NCBI GenBank assembly: GCA_964604915.1
Contig: CAZSAA010000003.1
Coordinates: forward strand, 1 to 41,941
Length of the DNA stretch: 41,941 nucleotides
Direction of reading: 5' to 3'
From: an uncultured Gammaproteobacteria bacterium
GTDB lineage: Bacteria > Patescibacteriota > Patescibacteriia > Patescibacteriales > UBA12465
The translations under genes were made by a program, and so were the position numbers. The notes under the pieces were generated by a model. That model saw only the letters and a program-made list of their open reading frames with translations, searched no databases and was not told the DNA's origin. Shown one piece after another: positions 24,458-31,780 of this stretch (positions are counted from its first letter, which is position 1; each line of letters opens with the position of its first letter).

Positions 24458-25540
24458 TTATGCGGCTATATCAGCGTTTGAGGAATAATCAACCTGCAAA
24501 CTCTGGATCATCAGCTGGAAGAGCTGGAAATAATCGACCTGACCCTCACTTACCGGGACGAAAGATAATATATAGATATTCTTATTCGCCTCGTCAGTCA
24601 GATAAACGGTCATACCGTCAGCGCTGTATATCCCCTGGTTATTACCGTCGGTACGGATGAGACGATTCTGATCGAAAGTATCAAAGAAAGAAAATTCTTG
24701 CCGATACCAAGAAATGATATCTTGTTTTCTGGTATTATCTTGCACGGAAATCTGGATCAAGGACCCATCCGGAACGCTAAAGATGGAAAAATAATCTCCG
24801 CCAATATTCTTCTGTCCCCAAGCTTTAGGATACATTACCCGATAGCTATAAGTATCATTCAGGTAATATCCGAGAACCCCACTCTCCCCGATCTTGCCGG
24901 GGCCAGCCGGATTATAGCCATTGCTTATTTCCGCCAGATCAGCATATGAGTCACTATCCGAATCCGCCAGATATTGACTGGTTCCTAGCGCCGATTCGCT
25001 GATATCGCTCAAGCCATCGCCATCGCTATCCTCCCCTACGGAAATCGAAACACTTGAAGAGGCAATATCATCAATAATATTAATGGTAGAGGTAGCTATC
25101 TCTACGGTTATGCCGTCACTACTTGAAGCAATGTTATCAGAACTAGACGCAGTCTGGTTATTGATACTCCCATCGGGTGTAGAGGTCGCGGATATGGCGT
25201 CTTCGTCGTCAGGCACCGTCACCTGCTCATTGTCAGTCGTCTGTTCTTGTACGGCCTGGCTACCGCTGTCTTCGGGCTTTACCTGTTCCGAGGCCGAATC
25301 GGAGTTAAATATCATCTGATAACCGAAATAGGCCAGGACCATGATCAAAGCGGCGCCGACTAGGATGATTACCAACCCCACCTTCTTATACGAACCGCCC
25401 GTCTGAGCCGATCGTGGACGTGAAGCTGCCTTAGCTGGTGCCTTATCCTCCGAAACCGGCATGTTATGTATCAAAAAATCTAGTTCTATTGGCTGATCGG
25501 CCGGATTTTCCTCCGCTTTTTTCTTCTTCAAGAAACTCAT
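24458..25540 (-). CDS. Single-pass membrane protein with TSP type-3-like Ca-binding repeats and an unknown C-terminal domain
   Basis: I prefer the start at ATG 25540 (MSFLKKKK). One TM helix (VGLVIILVGAALIMVLAYFGY), then a Ser/Thr/Asp-rich linker. Repeats are DSDGDGLSDISE and DSDSDSYADLAE, then NGYNPAGPGK, then a ~140-aa C-terminal domain. Confidence 0.7.
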   Translation of the reverse strand: MSFLKKKKAEENPADQPIELDFLIHNMPVSEDKAPAKAASRPRSAQTGGSYKKVGLVIILVGAALIMVLAYFGYQMIFNSDSASEQVKPEDSGSQAVQEQTTDNEQVTVPDDEDAISATSTPDGSINNQTASSSDNIASSSDGITVEIATSTINIIDDIASSSVSISVGEDSDGDGLSDISESALGTSQYLADSDSDSYADLAEISNGYNPAGPGKIGESGVLGYYLNDTYSYRVMYPKAWGQKNIGGDYFSIFSVPDGSLIQISVQDNTRKQDIISWYRQEFSFFDTFDQNRLIRTDGNNQGIYSADGMTVYLTDEANKNIYILSFVPVSEGQVDYFQLFQLMIQSLQVDYSSNADIAA

Positions 25541-25716
25541 ATCAGGGAAAATAATATGAAAATGAGACAGGCAACTATTATCCCCCCGCCTATCACCCAA
25601 AACAAATCATGGCTATTATCGCTAGAATCGCTCTTCCCCATGACGTGGAGATTGAGCGATTCTTTCTTAACCGACTGCAGGTTATTCTTTTTTTCGCCGT
25701 TCTTGTTTCCGTCCAT
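25537..25716 (-). CDS. Unlisted 59-aa small membrane protein, ATGA-coupled to the downstream gene
   Basis: Translation is MDGNKNGEKKNNLQSVKKESLNLHVMGKSDSSDNSHDLFWVIGGGIIVACLIFILFSLI, checked codon by codon. The TGA stop overlaps the ATG at 25540. It fills an otherwise empty 186-nt gap. Confidence 0.5.
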   Translation of the reverse strand: MDGNKNGEKKNNLQSVKKESLNLHVMGKSDSSDNSHDLFWVIGGGIIVACLIFILFSLI

Positions 25717-25726
25717 AAGAGCATGC

Positions 25727-26434
25727 CTACGCCCCTAACTTGCCTTCACCGTTCGGATTATAGCCATTGCGCACCTCTTCGAGGTCCGAATAAGTATCGC
25801 CATCGGTATCGACAAGGAGAGGGTTAGAATTATACACCTTCACTTCTTCATAATCAGACAATCCGTCGCCATCGGTGTCAGCGGCGGTTATATTAGTACC
25901 GAGCATCTGCTCCTCGATATCGGAAAGAGCGTCGGAATCAGAATCCAAGCCAGGATCGGCCTGTACGGGTGTAGAGGTGGCGATCGGCTCGGTGCTGGTA
26001 GCGGTAGAGGTAGCGATTGGCTCGATAGTGATAGGAGTAGAGGTGGCTTCACCGACAGTCGGCTCTTCTATCACTGGCGCCACATTGTCAGGCTGGTTAT
26101 TAGTGGCGTTGTTACCGTTATTATCACCCTCGACTATAGGATTCTCCGCCTTATCGCCAGCAAAGAACTTGGTATAGGCCAGATAGGCGGTCAAACCGAC
26201 TACGACCACTACCAAAATGATAAAGCCGACCGCTTTCAGGTTCAATCCCTTTTTTTTAGCGCCATCCTGTGGCTCGTCTGGTGCGGTAATCGAGGAAAGT
26301 CCGCCTGATCCAACGTTAACCGGTTCCGCCTTGACGGCTCTAGAAGCGGGCGACGAATTATCCGCTTCAGTTTCGGCGAAAATATCGTCTACCTTATTCC
26401 CTCCTTTTTCTTGTCCATTGACGTTATTAAACAT
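25727..26434 (-). CDS. Single-pass membrane protein with three C-terminal TSP type-3-like Ca-binding repeats
   Basis: Polar N-terminus, TM helix (AVGFIILVVVVVGLTAYLAY) and an (E)PIATST low-complexity linker. Repeats are DSDSDALSDIEE, DTDGDGLSDYEE and DTDGDTYSDLEE. It ends in NGYNPNGEGKLGA. Confidence 0.7.
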   Translation of the reverse strand: MFNNVNGQEKGGNKVDDIFAETEADNSSPASRAVKAEPVNVGSGGLSSITAPDEPQDGAKKKGLNLKAVGFIILVVVVVGLTAYLAYTKFFAGDKAENPIVEGDNNGNNATNNQPDNVAPVIEEPTVGEATSTPITIEPIATSTATSTEPIATSTPVQADPGLDSDSDALSDIEEQMLGTNITAADTDGDGLSDYEEVKVYNSNPLLVDTDGDTYSDLEEVRNGYNPNGEGKLGA

Positions 26435-26461
26435 ACGGTTTTTATTTTATTCTTAATTACT

Positions 26462-26770
26462 TCATTTTATTTCCGATAAGCTCTTGATGATATCGCTATC
26501 GGAATTTATCAACTTATAAGTCATGACCTCGCCGGAAGCATTCCGCTCTAAAACTTGTACCGTTTGTCCTTGACTGATATTCTGAGCGGCTTTTTCTTGC
26601 TCATCCATCATCTCCACCCTGAAAACGCCAAGGTCTGGCTGTGTTATTGGCGGACGCTGACCTGACCGGATACTGAGCCGACCTAGATAAATCATTACGA
26701 TGGCGGCAATAAGGATAACGCCAATGGCCGATAAGATGATTATGACGCGTTTTTTGTCTCCTTTGTCCAT
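26462..26770 (-). CDS. Small membrane-anchored protein, paralog B (hypothetical)
   Basis: I prefer the ATG at 26770 (MDKGDKKRVIIILSAIGVILIAAIVMIYLG). This removes the 59-nt overlap of the longer track ORF. The C-terminal block QVLERNASGEVMTYKLINSDSDI is shared with the upstream gene. Confidence 0.6.
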   Translation of the reverse strand: MDKGDKKRVIIILSAIGVILIAAIVMIYLGRLSIRSGQRPPITQPDLGVFRVEMMDEQEKAAQNISQGQTVQVLERNASGEVMTYKLINSDSDIIKSLSEIK

Positions 26771-26777
26771 ATGATTA

Positions 26778-27116
26778 TCATTCGCTAATCTGGCTATATG
26801 ACTCGACCGGGTAATATTCGCTCTGTATATCTTCATCGCTATTTATTATCTTATACGCCGATATTTTTCCGGTTTCATCCCGTTCCAATACTTGTATACG
26901 CAGCGTAGAATTAATATTCAAGGAACGTTTTTCTTCTTCACTGAGATACTCCGCCTCTCCCAGGGTCACTGGCTGTTGGATTTCGCCGATTGGCAAGTTC
27001 GGATCAGGCTGATCAACCGGAGATTGCTGCTCCGGAAAAGCGAATATCAGATAACTAGAAATACCTAGACATATAACCAATAATCCCAAAAGGCTGTATT
27101 TTAGCGTTTTATTCAT
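26778..27116 (-). CDS. Small membrane-anchored protein, paralog A (hypothetical)
   Basis: 112 aa with an N-terminal signal/anchor. The C-terminal block is IQVLERDETGKISAYKIINSDEDI. Confidence 0.6.
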   Translation of the reverse strand: MNKTLKYSLLGLLVICLGISSYLIFAFPEQQSPVDQPDPNLPIGEIQQPVTLGEAEYLSEEEKRSLNINSTLRIQVLERDETGKISAYKIINSDEDIQSEYYPVESYSQISE

Positions 27117-27195
27117 AAATATTGCCTAAATTACCTTATAGACACTTTGATTATATCATCTTATATTCTTGCTAACAAGGATTATGGCGATTCAA

Positions 27196-30100
27196 TCAAT
27201 AATAATCTGGATAACCGCAATCATCAGGACAAGTATAGCTATCTTCATCATCCAAAGATTCGCAATTGCCATCGCCACACATCGGTAAATAACCGCAATC
27301 CTGCTCGCAGTATGAGCTATTCTCGTTACCGCCAGACAAGTCGCAATAACCGTCCCCGCAATAATATGAATTTTGATAGGAGTTTCCGCAGTCCTGATAG
27401 CAATAGCCATTATCCTCGCCATAATTACAGATACCGTCGCCGCAGTAACCAGAGACTACACAAGACCCGCAATCTTGGGAACAACTGCTACATTCTTCTC
27501 CCGTGCTGGAGGTACAGATACCATCCCCGCAATAATAGTTATACACGCATTTACCTGACGCATTGACTATGCCGCTAGCGGTGGTATATCCCAGAGTCAT
27601 CCGGCAAGCATCCCCATAACAACGATTGACATAACTATTGTCACCGCAACGATAGATATCACGATTATGCCAGTGGCTATTCTTGCAACTATCTTTACCG
27701 CCGGTATCCCCGACATCCTTAGGCCCATAGTCATTGCAACCGGACGGACAAGTTGGATTATCGATACAATCCGGATTATCCTTAGCAGTCTTGATAGAAC
27801 ACCCGTAGCTAGCCAAGACATCTCCTTCTTTGTAAGTAAACGCACTCACTGTCTCTAACAAGCTCCAGCACTTCTTCTCACACACCTTATTATTACACTT
27901 ATATCCTTCATCACAATCACCATCAGCTAAGCAGCCCACGCAGGCTTTGGAATTGGCGTCATATACGCCCTCGGTACAGATGCAGTTCTCCTCGCTGATA
28001 GTAACCGTGCCATCGTTGCATAATGCCTTAGCGCCGCAAGAGCCGTTGGTTATCGCTTTGATCGCTTGCTTAGTATCGTTATGGTTCATTTGGTCATAGG
28101 CATAGCCACTCACGTTGCCCGCAGCGCAAGTAGCATAAACACAAGCATCATAGCAGCCGTAGTTTTCCTGATACCAGGCTCCCCCGACCTTCAAATATCC
28201 ACTATTGCAGACCAGATTAGCATTGGAAATGGAAATTGCGGAATTATTGCAGGTCGCTGTTGCCGTCCAAGTACCACCATTGGCGCGATAGCAGGCTGAC
28301 CTAGTCACTGACTGGCTGCCACCATTATTCAAAGAGCTGTAGACATAACCGTCCTTGGTACCGGCCGGACAGAAGAAACTACAACCGATAGTGTTATACT
28401 TACAGGCGGCCGTGCAAGCTAAAGTGCCGCCAGCAAACCCTAGGCTAGAGCAAGTCTTGCTACCTATAGCACTGCCATCGCACTCTTCGCCCGATTCGAG
28501 CTGGCCATTGCCGCAAACCGGGACGGCCGGAGCCGGAGCGCTGCAGCCCGAAGCATCAAGCTGGCAAGCGGTGCACTTAAGGCTACCATTAGGGGTAGCG
28601 GCATTGACCGAAGCGCAAGTTTTGCCGCCAAAATTAGTGCCATCGCACTGTTCCCCCGTCTGAATTATACCATTGCCGCAAACCGGGGCGTTGGGGTCAG
28701 TGGCGGAACAGCCAGAAACGTCAATCTGACAATTAATACACTTTAGAGTACCATATGGCTTCGAAGAATTGACCGAAGCACAAGTGTTATTCCCGAAATT
28801 CGTACCTTCACATCCTTCCCAGGACTCAAGCTTGCCATTACCGCAAACCGGGGCGTTGGGGTCGGTGCCGGAACAACCAGAGGTGTCATACCGGCAAGAA
28901 TTGGAACACTTGAGCGTGCCATACGGAGTGGCAGCATTGATAGAGGAGCAAGTCTTACTATTTAAAGCACTGCCGTCGCATTGTTCGGAAGTCTGGTTGA
29001 TTATGCCGTCGCCGCAACTGGCGGCAGGAGTCTGCGTACTAGGGTCAGTTTGACAACTGCCATTGTTACAGATCTGGCTAGAGGAACAGCAAACACCAGA
29101 ACATAAGGACTTGCCATTGCTACAGAGGCAATTCGAGGAATTATAGCTACAATCCGCATTACAGCTTACCGAACCGCTAGTGCCCGAGAAAATGCTTGAG
29201 CAAGAAGCGCCGGTAAACGAGGCGTAGTCACAGCTTTCGTTACCAGAAACCTTGCCATCGCCGCAAACAGGAGTGCTAGGGTCAACCGAGGAGCAGCTGC
29301 TAGTATCGAGCGTACAAGAAACGCACTTCAGGTCGCCATACGGCGTACCGGAATTAACCGAAGCGCAAGTAGAATTAGAGGCGAACAGAGTGCCATCGCA
29401 AATTTCTCCGCTATCGATTTTACCATTACCGCAAACAGCAGTCGGATCTTCCGGCTGGGCAGGCGTACCGCAATCCGCCTGGCAATTGTTAGTGGTTTCC
29501 ATGTTTACCTGGACATTGGTGCCAGGGGAATATACCCTAGCTTGGCAATAGCCATCGCCGCAGTAACCGCCATAACCGCCGGTCTTGGCGCCAAAGACAC
29601 AATAACCATTAGTGGTGATAGGGTATGGCGACGTCGCTATCTTATACCCATCGGGTACGCAGCCATATTGTTTAGAAATGCTACTGCCACTAACGGTGGT
29701 AGAGACGCCAGCCGTGATATCGCACTGCTCATACCCGTTATTAGCCAAGCCGCCCTTACCCTCCGAATTGGGCGCTTGCAAAAGACCATCACCACAATAC
29801 GTATTGACTTTGAGTGGGATAGAGGCGGAGTTGGCTGAGCCCTTGGCGTCGGTAGCGGAAAGGATCATGTTATATGTCCCTAACACAGACGCCTGGCCGC
29901 TGATAGCATACTCACCATTGCTCTGAATAAGGGAGATGCCAGCCGGATTACCAGCCAGGCTCATATTATTAAAACAAGAGGAAGTCTGATCGCCGATACG
30001 GCAATAATAACTAGAAGAAAGCCTAGCTTCGGCCGGACATTGGACGTTAAGGCTGTTAGCACCAGGATGGAGACGGATAGCGAATTGCTTTTCCGAACAT

Positions 30101-31761
30101 GACCCCAAGGAATCACAAGCCCTGATCTTATAGCTAAAGCTCCGATCCTGATCGCTCAAGGAAGCAGATGGAGTAAGCGAGAGGCTATAATTAGACCTCG
30201 ACCCCTCAATCGTGTTTATAGTATTAACTCCAGCCAAGATGTCCGGCGAAGCATTGACTTTGGTAATAGTAAGCGTGATCGGTTGGTTATCATCCAAGAC
30301 ATAGAAGGAATAATTTAGCGGAGTGCTGGCACAAGAATAATAGTAGTCCAAGTCGCCAGCCTCGATCGAGGGGGCAAAATTCACTACTTCTTTCTTTACT
30401 TTGACCGTGAGGTTGGCCCGGATAATCCCACCGCGATTATCAGAAACGACTAATACTAACGGATAATCGCCAACATTTCCAGCCTTGGCCGCATAGACCA
30501 GCTTCTTATTAGCATTGCCGCTCATGTCCTTCAAGATCGGCGCTCCGCTCCAGCCTGTCCAGGTTGTACCCGAAGTTTCGAGCTGCCAGGACAGAGTATC
30601 TCCATCTTCATCACTGAGCTCAATATAGCCATTAAAAGCCTGATTCTCTTCTCCCTGCAAAGAAACTTCCACTAGTTGCGGCGCATGATTAGAAAAAGGG
30701 ACGCTAGGATCAAGATCATCTGGATCGTCGCCCGGCGTGATGGTGGAAACGACGGAATCTATATAATCTCCAACGCCCGTAACCTGACAAGAATGGTCGC
30801 CGAGCTCGCTTGAAGCCGTATCATACCCTAGAGCCCCGGATTCCATGAACGAACACAGCTCATATGATGTTCCGTTGCGATTGGCCGAATAGACGAACAG
30901 ATAGCTGTCTTGAGGAATTTCCAGGTTAGAAGTAGTAAGGGGAAAATAAAAACGAGAAGTAGAGGCGTTCCAACAACTCAAGGGGTCATGCCCGGGGCAA
31001 GTCGCTAGACGGTTAATCGGATCGACGTAGGACGAGGCCAAGGACAATGATTTCAATAACGAGGTGTTCCAGCTAGGCCAAGTAGAGAGGGTGAGGTTAG
31101 GAATATAGGTGCCAGCAGCCAAAGTAGGATAGTTTCCTTGACTAGTGTTATACGCGGCCAAGGAATATTTTAGATCCTCGATCATACCTAAACGCTTGAC
31201 GTCACGTATGACTTTGGATTTCAAGCTATCGCAATATAACCCATCGGGACAATCGCCATCCCCCAAACAATTCTTAGGCGTTGTCAGCTGGCAACGTTGG
31301 TTAACGCAGCTATACCCGTCCTGGCAGGCGCCTTCGCCGCTACAAGATATGGATGAGATAGAACAAGTGCCACTAGTACCGAGATTCTCATTAAATTTCC
31401 AATGCGAAACTATCCGCCCTAAGATATCTGTCGTTTCTTCCGCTTGGTCCTGGTTATAGGAGATAAGATAGACGTTCGTACTGATAATCTTGGAAGACGG
31501 ATCGACCGAAGCGGCATTTACATAGATGGTGCGGCCATTGCGGATAGCCGGATAACCATCCACCGTCATAGACTGAGGCGACCCGCCTATGCCTTTGAGC
31601 TGATACCACTTGGCGATGCTGTAGTGGTTAGGGTTGGGAATGATCTTTACCGCGATCGCATCGGAAGAGCTGGCCGAAAATACCGCCGCTTTCATAGCGA
31701 ACAAGGATACGGCTACCACCGCCAAAGCTATCAGCAAATATGCCTTTGAGTTTAGCTTCAT
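27196..31761 (-). CDS. Giant secreted cysteine-rich protein (1521 aa) with Ig/cadherin-like segments and Cys-rich repeat arrays
   Basis: Uninterrupted 4.5-kb ORF with a signal peptide (AYLLIALAVVAVSLFAMKA). It contains a pilin-like YP segment (LAAYNTSQGNYPTLAAG), beta-rich segments, six CG(N/D)G...CDG repeats and four C-terminal CGDGxC repeats. Confidence 0.8.
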   Translation of the reverse strand: MKLNSKAYLLIALAVVAVSLFAMKAAVFSASSSDAIAVKIIPNPNHYSIAKWYQLKGIGGSPQSMTVDGYPAIRNGRTIYVNAASVDPSSKIISTNVYLISYNQDQAEETTDILGRIVSHWKFNENLGTSGTCSISSISCSGEGACQDGYSCVNQRCQLTTPKNCLGDGDCPDGLYCDSLKSKVIRDVKRLGMIEDLKYSLAAYNTSQGNYPTLAAGTYIPNLTLSTWPSWNTSLLKSLSLASSYVDPINRLATCPGHDPLSCWNASTSRFYFPLTTSNLEIPQDSYLFVYSANRNGTSYELCSFMESGALGYDTASSELGDHSCQVTGVGDYIDSVVSTITPGDDPDDLDPSVPFSNHAPQLVEVSLQGEENQAFNGYIELSDEDGDTLSWQLETSGTTWTGWSGAPILKDMSGNANKKLVYAAKAGNVGDYPLVLVVSDNRGGIIRANLTVKVKKEVVNFAPSIEAGDLDYYYSCASTPLNYSFYVLDDNQPITLTITKVNASPDILAGVNTINTIEGSRSNYSLSLTPSASLSDQDRSFSYKIRACDSLGSCSEKQFAIRLHPGANSLNVQCPAEARLSSSYYCRIGDQTSSCFNNMSLAGNPAGISLIQSNGEYAISGQASVLGTYNMILSATDAKGSANSASIPLKVNTYCGDGLLQAPNSEGKGGLANNGYEQCDITAGVSTTVSGSSISKQYGCVPDGYKIATSPYPITTNGYCVFGAKTGGYGGYCGDGYCQARVYSPGTNVQVNMETTNNCQADCGTPAQPEDPTAVCGNGKIDSGEICDGTLFASNSTCASVNSGTPYGDLKCVSCTLDTSSCSSVDPSTPVCGDGKVSGNESCDYASFTGASCSSIFSGTSGSVSCNADCSYNSSNCLCSNGKSLCSGVCCSSSQICNNGSCQTDPSTQTPAASCGDGIINQTSEQCDGSALNSKTCSSINAATPYGTLKCSNSCRYDTSGCSGTDPNAPVCGNGKLESWEGCEGTNFGNNTCASVNSSKPYGTLKCINCQIDVSGCSATDPNAPVCGNGIIQTGEQCDGTNFGGKTCASVNAATPNGSLKCTACQLDASGCSAPAPAVPVCGNGQLESGEECDGSAIGSKTCSSLGFAGGTLACTAACKYNTIGCSFFCPAGTKDGYVYSSLNNGGSQSVTRSACYRANGGTWTATATCNNSAISISNANLVCNSGYLKVGGAWYQENYGCYDACVYATCAAGNVSGYAYDQMNHNDTKQAIKAITNGSCGAKALCNDGTVTISEENCICTEGVYDANSKACVGCLADGDCDEGYKCNNKVCEKKCWSLLETVSAFTYKEGDVLASYGCSIKTAKDNPDCIDNPTCPSGCNDYGPKDVGDTGGKDSCKNSHWHNRDIYRCGDNSYVNRCYGDACRMTLGYTTASGIVNASGKCVYNYYCGDGICTSSTGEECSSCSQDCGSCVVSGYCGDGICNYGEDNGYCYQDCGNSYQNSYYCGDGYCDLSGGNENSSYCEQDCGYLPMCGDGNCESLDDEDSYTCPDDCGYPDYY
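27211..27537 (-). repeat. Four C-terminal CGDG(I/Y/N)C ... C.(Q/D)DCG mini-modules (aa 1409-1517)
   Basis: The four copies are YYCGDGICTSSTGEECSSCSQDCG, GYCGDGICNYGEDNGYCYQDCG, YYCGDGYCDLSGGNENSSYCEQDCG and PMCGDGNCESLDDEDSYTCPDDCG. Confidence 0.8.
28378..29439 (-). repeat. Six ~55-aa Cys-rich repeats (VCGNGxxExGExCDG...TC(A/S)S(V/I)N..TPYG(T/D)LKC..C..D.SGCS), aa ~775-1128
   Basis: The repeats read directly from the translation. Adjacent copies share near-identical DNA, for example ccgcaaaccggggcgttggggtc at about 28680 and about 28840. They resemble the CGNG...EECDDGN myxococcal Cys-rich repeat / DUF4215 type. Confidence 0.8.
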
Positions 31762-31780
31762 ATCGTTATATATCTTTTTA

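Noticed and set aside
26771-26836. Longer form of paralog B, overlapping the upstream gene by 59 nt
   Set aside because: The extension (MKIYRANITRSSHIARLANDNH) precedes the natural charged-then-TM N-terminus starting at Met23. It would create an unusually long overlap.
27147-27566. 139-aa plus-strand ORF rich in His/Arg/Asn/Tyr, together with the many other 60-110-aa ORFs on both strands within 27.2-39.5 kb
   Set aside because: They are shadows of the giant minus-strand genes. Reverse reading of the repetitive Cys/Gly/Asp codons gives long stop-free stretches. They have no independent start context or motifs.
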